Shown: one piece after another, positions 49,176 to 63,700 of the stretch
Position numbering within the stretch: position 1 is the first letter of the stretch
Layout: every line of letters starts with the position of its first letter
Assembly: GCA_964247055.1 (NCBI GenBank)
Contig: OZ176056.1
Location: 3,162,001-3,226,000, forward strand
Length of the DNA: 64,000 nucleotides
Direction: 5' to 3'
Source: Paragordius varius
Lineage: Eukaryota; Animalia; Nematomorpha
The notes under the pieces: generated by a model
Seen by the model: the letters and a program-made list of their open reading frames with translations, nothing else
Database searches by the model: none
What the model was told of the DNA's origin: nothing
Made by a program: the position numbers and the translations under genes

Positions 49176-52100
49176 TTTTTACGACCATAAAAAAATAAAT
49201 TAGATTAAAATAAATCTTATGTACAATGTTAAATATCATCTACTTGAAACGGAATAGTTTGAATTGGTTAAGATATTAGATTTAAATTATTTTGCCAAAA
49301 ATATTTTTTGCCAAAAATTAGAAAAATTCAATAATTATGTCAAGTTTCATCATTAAGGTGACACAAAAAAATTTGAAAAATAGAAATTAATAAATTCAAA
49401 AAAAATTGAATTTGAACTTTACCGATATATATCAAAAAGTTTTTATAAAATAATTGTTAAAAAGTTTTTTTAGATATCTCTGTATCACTATGTCAATTAA
49501 AATTTTTCTGGGTTAATTAAATTATTGTTTAAAATTTTTTTTTTAAAAGATAATACTTGCTAATTTTAAAATTAGATCAACCATTTAAAAAAATATTTCT
49601 TGAGATAATTTTATTTTATTAATTTAAATAATAGGATTCTCACATTAATTAACACCTGAAATTATACATTTTTAATCTCTATTGGTCATTATTTCACGCA
49701 AAAAATATATAATTATCAAAATACAGGGAAAATATAAATCTCTTGATATTTTTTTAATTAAATAAAATAAATCAATAAATAAATAATTAAAAAAATTATA
49801 ATTTTTTAATTAACGAAATAACTCATGCATGCATAAATTATCGCATTATGATTGAAAAAAATTCCTAAAAATCACGTAAAAAATATTTTTTGATATTTAA
49901 ATCCGGATGTAGCACAGTATAAAAATTGTATTGTTTTCTAAGTTGATTGGAAATTTTGCCTTTTAAATTATTATTTTATTAAATTTTTTTAAATATTTTA
50001 AATATCTTAAAATTAATTTTTATTAAGATTCAGGAGAAAATTTTTGTTGAAATTCGAATAGATAAAAAATTATTAGGGAATCAAATCATAATTTACTGAA
50101 AAATTATATATATATATATAAATTTATATTAAATAAAAGTCATATACCCCTCTAAAAAAGATTTTTAACTAATATTGAATTTTAAAATCATAAAAAAAAT
50201 TTAAAAAAAGATAATTTTTATTTTATCTAATAAATTAAACAGATATACTTGTTAAATGTTAGAATATACTGATAAAAGCCCGCCTTGATTAAACCAAAAA
50301 GTTTAATAATAAAAAAAATTTTAAATTTAAAAGCTTAAAAATATATATTTTTAAGTTGATAAAAAAAATATTATTTCGATTTTATTTTTATAGTGTGTGT
50401 GGAAATTTCACATTCAACTTTTATGAAAAAAAAACTATCAATGCTTACATGAGTTAGTTATAAAAATTTAATTAATTTTTTTTGTTTTAAGCTTTAAAAA
50501 ATTTATGGTTTTTCTCAAATTTTTATAGTTTTTAAAGTCTGTGAATGGTTATCAAAAATATTAGAAATTTACAAATAATACTCTTTTAATCCAAAAACCT
50601 AAAACCAAAACCAAAAATTTTTTTTTTATTTGAAAAAAAATTAATTAAAATACTCTGATCAAATATTGACAGAAAATTAAATGAAATTATCATTGGGACA
50701 AAAAGAGTGTATGATGTGACAAGTCTATAATAACTAAAAGTGTTTTAAAAGACGTATTAATTAGTATTAGAAAATCCATAAATATAATATTTGGACCTAA
50801 AAAACATATTTTTAGCTTAAAAATTTCCTATATTTTGGGCTAATAATACAAAATTTCTTGTGCTTAATGGAAAATATTTTGAGATATTTCAAAAATTAAT
50901 TGTCCAAATAAATTAACTAACTTAAATTGATTTTCACTAAAAACTAAAAAATACTACTAAAGTAAATTTAAAATAAGCTTTTAAAATATATTAGGGTTAA
51001 AATATCATCAAATAGCAAGGACCTTGAAAATGAAACTGTTTGACCACTATAAAAACGGTAGAACTTTTGTATATTTAATATTAAAAGATATTTTTATAGA
51101 AAAGCCGGAAAACTTTTTTTACTTTTCTGATTCCAGGAACCATTTAAATTAATATTTAAAATAATTTGGAAAATTAGTTAATTCTTCTGATTCTTTAAGC
51201 CATTTTAACTCTCATGTTAATATATAAATACGGGTAGTTATACGTTGTAAAAAAGTTTGAAATATAACACTTTTTAAGAGTGTTGGGAAAATTCTCGAAA
51301 TCCCTTGGTGGTTATAATATAAAAATATATAGACCTTGTTTGAAAAACTTTTTCCTGTATTTTGAATATTAATGATTCCTGAACAGATTTATGTAAAGTG
51401 TGAGAAGATATGAGTTTATTGGAATGAAAAATCTAGATTCATATATAACAAGATATTTATGTTATACAAGAGTTACTTTAAATATTTTTTTGGCATATAT
51501 GCCAAATATAAGGTTATATAGGCTTTAGCAAAGTTGTTTTATAAATACAGGGGTCTCTAGAGACCTTTCAGAGAATTTAGATTTTATTATTGTGTTGTAA
51601 CAAATTTGTAAATTCATAAAACATTTATTTATGCATATTTTGAGAATTTATTTTTTTTCTTTCAAAAAAGTTTTTCAGGACAAAAATGCATCATTTTAAA
51701 CAACATTTTCTGGTCATTATCAGAAGCTATATGTAAAAATAAATTGAGAAATCTTAAAGATTAATTATATTACCTAATTTTAAGCTAAAATTGTTAAAAT
51801 AAATATATAGCTTGAAAAGTTAATGCCCCTTATTAGTGGATCTCTAACTTCTTAAATCAAGAATAGAAAAATTCTGTATTTGCCAGGCCATGCTATTAAA
51901 TATTCATTAAATTAATTTCGAAAAAGTTAACTGTCCAATAGTTATCCTTTCTACATATTATCTATAGTATTTTGTGAAAAAAATCTTATAAAATATCAGA
52001 TATAGTTGTTTCAGAGTTTTAAAAGTTCTAATGATATAAAAAGTTAGTGAACTTTTTTTGACCAAAATACTGTACATGAATATTCATTTCTAGCAAACAA

Positions 52101-55100
52101 TTATATTCTATAGAAATTAAGGTTTAAAGAAATATTTATCGATTAAAAAACAGTTATTTGGTTTAATTAGGACATATTATAAATTTTTTAAATAGATATA
52201 TATATATATATATATTATACTTGTAACTTTTTGGATATCAGAATCAAATCTTGAATTTTGGTTATTCTAATATCTTAAAGTAAAAATTAATTTAAAATTT
52301 ACAAAAAAAATTAATAAAAAATTAAAGGAAAAAACTTTCGAATATAAAATGATTTTATAAAGGTAAATTATTAATAATTTTAAACAAATATTTGTTGTCA
52401 TTTGCACTGTGTAGATTCTGTAATCCTTTATTCAAACAAATGATAATAAACAAAATAAAGTAATAATAATTATTTTAGTTACTCGGGATTTTATTAAATT
52501 TATAAAAAATATATGTAATTGTGAAAATCAATTATAATTATATTTTATTAAAGAATGTAACATATAAAAAAATTACATTATTTTTACTTTGACATAATTA
52601 TACATTGGTTTACTTTTTTTTGCTTCTAATTTAATTAAAAAACTTGAATAAAAACTTTAAATTCAATAGAATGACATAGCATAATATATATAAAAGAGAA
52701 TTTTAAAACAAAAATTTAAATTAAAACAAAAAATCTACCTTGAATTGAATATTGAATTGAAATAAAATATATTACGAATTTTGTGTTTTACTTTTCAAAA
52801 TTATATCAATTATAAAATCGAAAAAAAAAGTTAGGCGACATACTATAAAGCATAAAATTTAATAATATGTGTAAATAGCTAAAAATAAAGTTTCAGATCA
52901 GTGCATTATCGGATAGCGTGCTTCAGAATTTGTTAAATATAGCTCACAAAAAATTGTCACGAGTGTCACACTATATTAGTTATAATTTTTTTATATAATT
53001 TAGGATGATAAATAAATATATATTTCGAGGAATTGAAAGAAGGGGAAATATAAATCAAACTGTAAAATCAGATTTAGAAAGATGTGTTAATGTTAATAAT
53101 CTAATACAGGTAACTAAATAAAGGTATAAAAGAGGTGTTTTTTTCTTAAAGATCAAAATGTCAAATAGCGTTTGAAAATGACATTTGTAATGCATAGAAA
53201 AAATCTTGTTTAAGCAAAATATGATAATTTTATGTAATAATCAACATATTTAAATAATTATATATATATATATATATAATAATATGAACGAACTTTATTT
53301 AATATTTTAATTTTGTAAATGAATAATGGATGATAATTGAATTGAATTGTTAAATAAAATATTGATTCTGTGATGACACACGTTCAACTAACTCTAAAGG
53401 TTTTTTTATATAAATGCTTTGAATAAAAAATCAGGTAAGTACAACACACAATTTTATATAAAATATAAAAAAGGAAGGAAAAGAACACCTTGATTTTATT
53501 TTGATAAAATATATATTATAAATCATTGGAAAATAAATATTTTTACTCAAAAATTCCAGCATTATTGGTGAATCAAAAAATAAAATTTGGCCTAAAAATG
53601 CGTTACAACTAACTATATTGAAACAATGTTTTAGCTATTAAAAAATTATTGAAGCATAGATTTAGATTTATATTTGTATTCCTATCACGGCAAATATACT
53701 TTTTTCCCATAAACAAAAAAAGTAATCTCAATTCCAATGGATAGAAAATAAAGCAAACTTAATAAATTTTATAACGACAGTTAATAAAAAAAAGTTTTAT
53801 TGACTTATTGAATTATGTGGAAATTTGTTTTATATCAAAAAAATCTCGTAATTTTATTATGAATGCCAACTGAAAAATATATATAAATAATTTAATTAAA
53901 TATGTCTAAAAAATTCGTCAGAAAAGACATAGATAGTTATTTTTTAGTTGGAAATGATTTTTTTCTTATAAATCATAAAAAAAAATTTTTCATCATTAAT
54001 TTTTATAGATATATATTTTTTAACTTATAAAATATGCACATAATTATCAATAAATCAAATATCAATTATATAATATTACCAAGATTAAAATTCTAGGGTT
54101 TCTATAAAATTCAAGAATTTTTTCCAAAAATGCATTAACAAAGATTGGTAATTTCCGTTATATGCTCATAAATCCTATTAGAAAAATGGCTAAAATGTGT
54201 AAAAATAGTTCGTTCAAAAAAAAATTTTTCCAATGCAAATTTTTAGCTTCAACGCCCATGTAATTTAAAACTGTCACCTAAAAATAATAGAAATTTTCAA
54301 AAAAATATTAGAAAAAAGATCATTTTTCCAGTTTTTTGCTTAATTTATATAAATTCACCTTAAAGTTTTTTTCTTTAGAGTCTATTTTAAAAATAAAAAT
54401 CATCAATATTTCAATGTGTCACAGTTTATTTTATGAAGTTGGGTTAGGTTATAAGAATAATTTTTTAAGTTAACCCAAAAAATTTAATTTATCAAATGTA
54501 AAACTCTAATTTTAATGTATTTAAATATATGGAAGGTTAGATTTTGGGTATTTTTTATCCCAGCGCTGCTTAATAATCTATATTATTATAAAAAAAAAAT
54601 TTTCTTAGAATTATTGACATGGCATTATGGTTATTCGATAAAATTTTTAAAAATTTGCTGACAAAACGTAATTAAAAATAATTATTTGAAAATAATTTCA
54701 TCCATTTATAACCAAAATAATTATTTACCGGCTTATTGCGTTTGATTTGATTAATTTTTTCCATTTTTAAATATATTTATAATGCGCCTAAAAGCTTCTA
54801 AAATGCATACTTTTTCTCCATTAGTAATATTCTAATTTCTGAATTTTTATCGCTCTAAGGTTTAAGAATTATTTTTCCAAAGAATTTTAATTTCTAACAT
54901 TTTTATTTTATTTTAATCCAATAAATGGTGACATTATACATTATGACAATATAATAGTTATTTCTTTGTATTCCATTTTTATAAACCTTCATTTTATAAA
55001 AAATGCGCATTTTTTACTTAATAACAGAATCTATAGAAATCAAAAAAGTAGTTTTTCCTATATTTTTTTAAATCTCGATTGTTACTTTAAAAAATGGGAT

Positions 55101-57796
55101 TGTGTTAAATTTTACGCTTTATTGCGGACAAAAAAATTTATTTAATTATAGTAGTATTTATTTTTTTTTATTTTTTTTAATAATTTCAAAAAATAATGAA
55201 GTATTGTTGATTGTTGTTAAAAAATAATTATTCCAATCTTTCTTTATATTAAATAATTCCAGGTAGAAAGAAATATAATTGGTTATAATAGTATTTAAAT
55301 TGGTGAGGTAAAAAAAAACTAATAAAGTAATATTTTTAATTTAAGTTAAAAATAAGCAATATTTTTTCTAACTTAATAAAAAACTATAATTTCTTAATTT
55401 TATACCTTTATTGAACACACAAAAAATAAAATTCAAGTGATAAAATATTAACAAAGAATTTTACAGTAATGTTTTGTGTTAAAAAGATACAGAAAACGCG
55501 ACAATAGTATATTTTTTAGTGTCACAAAATTAAAAAATGAAATAAAAATATATAATTCAAAAGAATTCATTTTTTTATACATTTTATGATTTTTAAAAAA
55601 TTTTCCTTTATCTTAGGTAAACAATGGAAAAAAAATTTCTTTTAGAGGTGAAAAATGCTTAAAAAAATCTTTTCTATATATATATAGAGACCGCAAAATT
55701 CACACTGCATTGTTAATTTTTTTTTGTACATACAAAAGTTCATTTTAAAATTCATTGATTGACAATAAAAATATAATTCTCAATAAAAAAATAATTTTTA
55801 TCAAACCTAACTTATTTTTTTATTAACACAATCAAAAAAATTTTAATTTTTTCAAATAAAATCTCAGAATTTCAAGAACAAAAAAATGTGTTTTTAGATG
55901 ACCGATTATATTATTATGATTATATAATAAGTTAATTTTTTAAAAAATGTCTAATAAAAAAATTTGTCAACTTTATGAAAAAAAAGTTAATTATCTCATT
56001 ATAATTTAATTGTTGTTAAATAAATATTTGAGGTCATAAATGTCACGCTATAATGATGACGAAGTATTTTTTGAAAATTGCAAATTTAAAGTAAAATTTA
56101 AATTTGTTAAAATTATATTCTGTTTGTCTTTGAGATTATATTTTTATTCTCAGTATTTTATAATTACTTTGTGTAAACCAGAGATTATAGTGTAATAATA
56201 TAATTAAAATTTTATTTCTTCTAGATATGGTATAATGATGATTTCTAAGGAAATTTTCCAGTATATTCCTATATAAGTTGATTGAAGAAAAATCTTTTAT
56301 CAAATGTTTGAACATGATTAAATCATTTATTAGCCCTGTGTTTATTAGTCATACCCCTTAAATTTAGGGAATTTTGCAAAATCTAGAAAAAGTTCAGCTC
56401 TATAAATAACATATTTGTTGAAATTATATTTTTTTACAAAGGCATTAGTGAGCACATTTTAAATGTTGACACTGGGTTAGACTTTGTTTAAAAAATGCAT
56501 CCATATAAGATATCTAAAGTTATCCAGAAAAGATCAGACTCATTATAATGTCCATTTACATTTAAATTTTAAATCCACCGATCATATTCAAAGTCATTCT
56601 TTAATTCAATCCTATTTGGCCCTAGAAACAATGTTAAAAAAACGAGAAGCTTGTACATGTCTAAAAATTATTTTTGGACAACGTGGTTGTTTATATTCCA
56701 TGAGCATTTATAGTGCTTTTAATATTTCCTTGACTTATCTAGTTTTTAAAATATTTTCCAGACTCATACTTTATATAAATATGCCCATTTAAGATTATGC
56801 GATATATTTGCTAAAATATGGATGATGATTTAATTAAATAATCTTAAAGGGTTAAAGACTATGCTACAAATTAGTTATAATAAATAAAAATAAGTAGTTG
56901 AATCGCTATATTATGTTAAAACTTGTTACGTCATTAGAATTGCATTTTCCAGTTTGATGCAGGAAACAATTTAATTTGTCATAGCGACACTAAAAAGCAA
57001 CGGTATCCATGCGGCCCCCAAAAAATTGGAAATATATAATTAGCATAAATATGGGCACAAAATTTTGGCAAACTTTGTAATTATTTAACAACTTTTCTTA
57101 ATAAATCTATCCGATTGACAACGAACTACAAAAATAACTTTTAAATTGTGTTTGCATTATACAGTCATATATTTTAAATCTAATAAAATATTTAATAATG
57201 CCCTATATTTGACGTCCCATTGGGTTATTCAAAAGCGGTCCGCAAGACTTATAAAAATATTTTTAGGGCATGTAATATTGAATAACAGAAGCAAGACGAT
57301 TACACAGTTTACAAATCCGGATATAATATATAATCTTGATAGAAAAATAAACTGAGATTTTACTTTTTAACACAGTATGGTGAGATACCACTTTTAGAGC
57401 AAAAACTCCATATCGAAAAATCGCAAAATCTGCCCATATCATGCCAAATAAATTTTTTGGATAAGTTAATCGATAATTTTTTTTATTATGATTATAATTT
57501 AAGCGCCTTTTTAAGACACCTCCTAAGTAGATACCCTAAAATACGCGCCTTTAAATACAAAATGTCTATTAATCAACTTGGTAAAATATTAACAACATTT
57601 TTTACTCGGTGACACATTTTTTTGAATCTAATTCTACCCATTGTAAACTCATGTTTTTTGCAGGCATCAACATTTTAAATATATTAAATCTATTTTATAT
57701 AATAATTATAATTTTTAAATATATTTATATATGATAAATAATTTATTATATACAAACAAGTCAAATAATCATATATTCTATCACATTTTAGTTTAC

Positions 57797-60700
57797 TCAA
57801 TTCCATTCACCATCACACATACAATTGTCCCCAAAATTTTTATACCATATGGCATCAATGAAAGTCGGTTTATTTCTCCCGCGAAAATATAATTCATTTG
57901 TCGCATTTACTAAGGTTTGATGACAATCAATAACAGATGGCGATTTATACTTAGGGCCCTGACATAAAAGGCAAATATTTGAATTGTTAATAAATGTATA
58001 ATTTATGGAATCCAAATTCAAACAATCGCCTTTGGTTAACGGTTTTGTTGTCTCAGAATTTTTAACAAGACTATGTGCAAAAAGTGTATTAATAGGACAC
58101 AAAGCAGAAAACTGAGGTATCGCGTTAAAATATTGACGATATTCAGGTAGGGACTCAAATTTTGGTCGATAAATTTTCATAAAATTTTCCAATTCACCTG
58201 TGTATGTAGAAAAAAATATTAATCATTAATAAAAAGCATAAAAATTATTATGAAAAAGGCTAAAACATAATGTTAAAAAACAAATTTTAGCCAAAACAGA
58301 AAAAATAACAAAATATTACGTGAAATTTCAAACGATTCTAATATCGTTTATTGTTTTTAACTCAAAAATGGAGGACATGGAAATTACATAAATTACACCT
58401 ATTAAAGCCGGTGTCCATGTATTTTGTTGGATGAAATCGCCCTTAAAACTATACGTCTTTAACATGGCTTGTTCCAAATGTTCTATGTGATCGCTTGAAT
58501 TTAAGGTGCTATTTTTTTCTTTAGAGCAGCTTACTAAAGTCATACAATCTCGGTGTAAAATCATGCAAAATTTGAACAGGATTTGATTTTGGATACATAT
58601 TTCTTCCCACCTCCCCAAATTTTCTTGAGTTAATATTAATACGTTAGAATTATTTTTAGGGTCTGATATCAATTTCATTCTTTGTAATACGGAATTTATG
58701 ACTAAATCAAGTGCTAAAAGGTAGGAGGCTAAGCTTAAAAACAATTCATTTATTTCAGACGTCTCATGAAGCAGTAATATAGATCTTAGAGTGCTATTTT
58801 CTAACAATTTCAACATTGCTAAATCTAAATTATGTTTCCTTTCCCGATTATTAGACTCCGAATTTTGATAATTTTTATCATTGGGTGGTTGGTAATTTTG
58901 ATTGAAAGTATTGACCATATCAACATCATCCATAAAATGGGTAGTCTCAAATATACCATATTCAGTTGTGGGGAAGAAGTCACCATAAGTCGATAATATG
59001 TAATGTTGAATAAAGGACAGAAGACGATTCTAAAATAATAATAACAATATTTAATATGCGACCTTGGAAAAAATTAATTTTATAATTTGATTTGTAACTA
59101 AAATATCAAAATAATAAAAAGTTAAGAGAAAACTAAATTTTTGGATATTTTTATCTGAAGTAAAAAAAATTAGTACATTAGGTCATAAAATACTAATAAA
59201 ATAGAGACGGCTATTATATTTTATGATATACCATATAAAATTCAAATTCACCCTTAAACAATTCAAATTCACCCTTGAACAATTTAAATTCACCCTCAAT
59301 TAAAATATATGTTTTTTAATATAAAAATTACCTCTATATTATTATATTTTTAAAAAATAAAAATTTTGATTCAAATTAAAATAATACTAAGAAAATAATA
59401 AACTATGCCATAAAGATATATTTCATATTAATAATGAGTTATATTAGTTCGAAAACACACAATTTATTTTTAGGGTGAATTTGAACTGTAAATGGTATAT
59501 ATAACCTTAAAATTTTTATAGCAAACCAACCGCTTTTGGACTAGCAAATAAAACATAAAATTTTTACGGTAAAAACAAAAAAAAAGTTTTACTTTACTCC
59601 CAGTCGACAAATTTATAATGTTTGAGACTTTGGGAACTTCTCGACCTCTCAACAAATCATCAGGAGAAGAGACATTATTTGTATAAAACTTAGGAAGCAA
59701 GGCAAATAAGATAAAAGCGAATGGAACTATACATTGATAACTTAAATCTAGAAACCATTCTAACATTCCTAAACCAGATTGACCAATTAATGAAAAATTA
59801 TTTTTTGCATCTTTAGATGATTCATTGTTGCCCACAAAAGTATTATCATTTAAAGCTATTATTGGTTTATAATTGCAATTCATTTCGGCCGTTAGGTATG
59901 GCAAAATGGGATTTAAAATCAGTTTGGATTCAAAAGTGCCGGTTAAAGTATCTCCTCCCCAAGTTGTTAAATAATGAAACAAATCTTGATTTCTACAGGC
60001 ATGCTTTAACACATCTAAATGTGCATTAGAGATAAGTTAAATCCAATGTAATAAATTTAAAACTAGCGGATGGAAAATATTTAATTTAAATAACCTATTT
60101 GAAAAGAGCAAAAGCATATATGAATTTGAAATAAAAAGCAATATATTATGTAATTATTCTACGGTTTAAATCAAATTTTGATAATTATATCCCCTAAAAA
60201 TTCCTTTCAAATATTACACAATATTATGCAATAAACATCGTCTATCCCTTAACTGTTAAAGTAAAATAGTTTATCGAAAAAATTTCTTTAACACAAAAAT
60301 CTCAATTAAATTACCCTTAAATTATACCATTTACAGTTCATATTCACCCTTGAACAATTTAAATTCACCCTAAAACATATAATGTTTTTTTAAAGTTAAA
60401 AATATATTTTTTTATATTCTAAAAAATCAAATTTTGGTTAAAATTAATAAAATACTGAAAAAATAATAAATAAACTATGCCATAAATGATGAGTTATATT
60501 AGCTAAAAAACACATAATTTATTTTTAGGGTGAATTTGATTTGTTCAAGGGTGAATTTAAATTGTAAATGGTATAATTTAAGGGTAAATTGAATTGCTCG
60601 AAGGTGAATTTGAATTGTTCGAGGGTGAAATTGAATTGATGGTATATTTAAAAGCTACACTTTACTTAAGAGAGATATTAAAAAGATCATAATTCTAATA

Positions 60701-63700
60701 TAATATAAATAAATTTCTCCATACTTTTAAGCCTTTCAACGCGGGCATATTCAACCCTAGGACCACAAATAGTACGTAACCAGCAGTCAAATAAAGGCTG
60801 AATGCAATGCAAATTAAGACGCAATCTTAACTGAGATTTTACCACGGTCCATTGATTGTATAGGTGAGCATCGGAAAACAGCGTTTTTTTGTCAAAGATT
60901 TCATAGGCCATGGTTGACCAATAACTAAAGTAATAATTAATTTTTTATAAGTAAACTATAGTTTAAAAAAAGTTTTTGCTTAGGGTCGAATAAAATTTAA
61001 TATGTGGTTTGTATTATTTAAAATCGGTTTTTCAAGAAATCACCTGAGCTTTATAAAAGCTAAACTAAAATATATGATATTCCAATAAATGATTATTACA
61101 ATTTTTCTATGCCATATTTGATTATATCCATAATACATATAAATTAATATAAAAACCATTTTTAATTAGAGTATAATTTAATTTAGCTGTTTTAAAAAAT
61201 TTTTTATCTAGATAGTTTGGGTAAAACCAAAAAAATATAATTCCAGTTCACAATTTATTTATGCCATCATAATTAAAGATTTAGACTATAGTTTAAATAA
61301 CGTGTTTGGTTTTTGTAAAAAAAATAATTTTGTTTTTTAAAAATGGTTGTTAAAATAAAAAAACTGTTTGGGAAAAATTTTAATTTTATTAGTTCCGATT
61401 CCATTGATATTTGGTTTAGTTTGATTTTATCACATTTTTTGACAAAATATTTTAATTGAATTTTATAACGGTCAACATTTTGAACAAATATATTGGGAAT
61501 TTTCTTTAAAAAATCCATAAAAAGATATGATTTTTAATTAAATTAAGTAAATATAGGGTTAACAATGATTGATTATTATTTAGAAAACATTTTATATTTA
61601 GAGTTTTATGGGATTCTGTAAAAAACGCCATTGATAAAAATATAAACAAAAAAATGAAAAAAAACCAATAAAAAAGCTTACCACATAGCCTGATAAATCA
61701 AGCGTAAATAAGGGATATGGTAGGGTATGCTTTTAAGTTTATCTCGTTTGATATTGTTTAACAGCAATTTTACTTTTCTATTGTCATCGAATAAGTTAAG
61801 TATAATCTCATTATCAAATTCATGATTTGAAGCTAAAAATGCATCAGTAAACCCCGTGAGAGCGTTAAAAAAGGTGATAGAACGCATTTTAAAATCCATT
61901 TTTTCAGCATTTTCTACCGTAACATTTCTATTCTCAACATTCATTTGATTTATTGGTGTAATAGGTATACTACGTAAAATATTATCAAAAATATCTGTCA
62001 ACGTTTCCAAGACCCTAGGAGAATTGTGTTTGATCAATGCATTAATCAGCATATATTGATAAATCGTGTTTGAGGTATCATTTGAAACATTGTTAATATT
62101 ATTATTCAGTTTTGATTGATTGTACAATGTTTGAAAACGGTCTGAAAAAACAAACGAAACAAAACATTTCTTATATGATAAATTATAAAGTAAATCACTC
62201 ATTAAATATTAATAATAACTAGAACTGCTTAATAAATTTAATATTAACAGTTATAACCAGATACTCCATAAATGGAAAAATTAAAAATATTTTCATAAAT
62301 ACTCACTGTGTTTTTGGTTATTCCATAACTTTTTAAAAATTTTAAAATTTAACATTTTTATTACAATTATTTTATACAATATAAATATTAAATATAAAAT
62401 AAGATTTTTAGACATGTCCAAAATTTTTAAAGATATATAAAATATAATGTTTTAATCAAAACATAAATTGAATAAATAATTTAATCAATTTTTTTTACAA
62501 ATTATCCCAAAAAAATAATTGTAAATCTCACAAATTGTTCAAAATTCAATTATAATTTTCAAGTTATTTATCCAATAAAAATAATTACCTATAAATGGTA
62601 ATATATCAAAAGTATATTTCGGATTCGATTTAGAATCTTGATTATCCGTAATAGTAAGGGTACTTTCTTTACAATTTATTGAAAGTTTGGAGGGATCAAT
62701 ATCTATAAATACATGTAACATTAAAAAAAGAATAATAAATTAAAAGTAAAAATATTTGCAAAAAACTAAATAATAAAAAATAATAATAATTATTTTAAAC
62801 CCGTAATTATTTTATCCTATACGATTAGGATTTTAGAGCAGTAAAAAACAAATAAAATAAATAATATTTAAAGAGAAAATTATATTATTCAATTCTTAAT
62901 TTTTACATAATATAGGAATACAATAGTAAAATATAAATGTCTTTAGGTGTTTTTACATCTCTATTTTATATATCAGAAAGAAATAAAATCCAGGTAAAAA
63001 TGTAGTTTTTCCAAACAAAAATATTTTCCCTTTTGATATTTTAATTTGATTTTAACTGTAAAATATGAAGTTATGAATATTTATCTGATCTGAATATACC
63101 CCAAATTTTTAGGAATATACAATTTTTATCGAAATTAATTAATTTTCTCCTCAAAATGGTTTCATTGTGCAGTTGTTTTTTTGTAAAATGGTTTAATTGA
63201 AACTCGTCGGCTTTTATATATGTTAATATTTTACATCAAACCTTTTTAAACATTATTAAAATAATAAATATATTTATATTTTATTTGAAAACTTTATAAA
63301 AAATCGCAAAATATAATCATACTTTCATCTAAATCCAAAAAAGTTTCTCCAATTATTTTGGCAGAACAAGGGTGACATTTTAAGCATTGAATATGCGTTT
63401 TATCCGTTTTACCATTATTCAAAGACTTATCAAAAGGTGTTGAGATATTTCTAAGATTAAAACAATTGGTTTTATCAATGCTGGTTTCATCAATGGAATC
63501 AAGATATATGGTGGTGGAAATGTCAAATATAAAAAGTTTGATTGACTTTTTGGAGTCTCTAAAAGTATTCAAAGAGTAATATAAAAATCTTTGAGTATGA
63601 AATACTTTATAATTTTTGCTAAAAATCAAAAAATAGAGTTAAATTTTGGTTCAATGCTTATAAAAATTATTTAGTTATCCAAAATAATACAATCGTAGCG

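Noticed and set aside
49900-49930. CGGATGTAGCACAG resembling a tRNA 5' end
   Set aside because: No D-arm completion, anticodon arm or T-loop follows.
56484-57355. Isolated + strand ORFs of 102 and 69 aa
   Set aside because: Non-ATG starts, no motifs or splice partners; expected by chance.
61273-61518. 81-aa intronic ORF whose junction would create an in-frame TGA (possible Sec)
   Set aside because: The TGA frame closes within about 17 codons, and flanking exons 61682 and 60924 join in frame without it.
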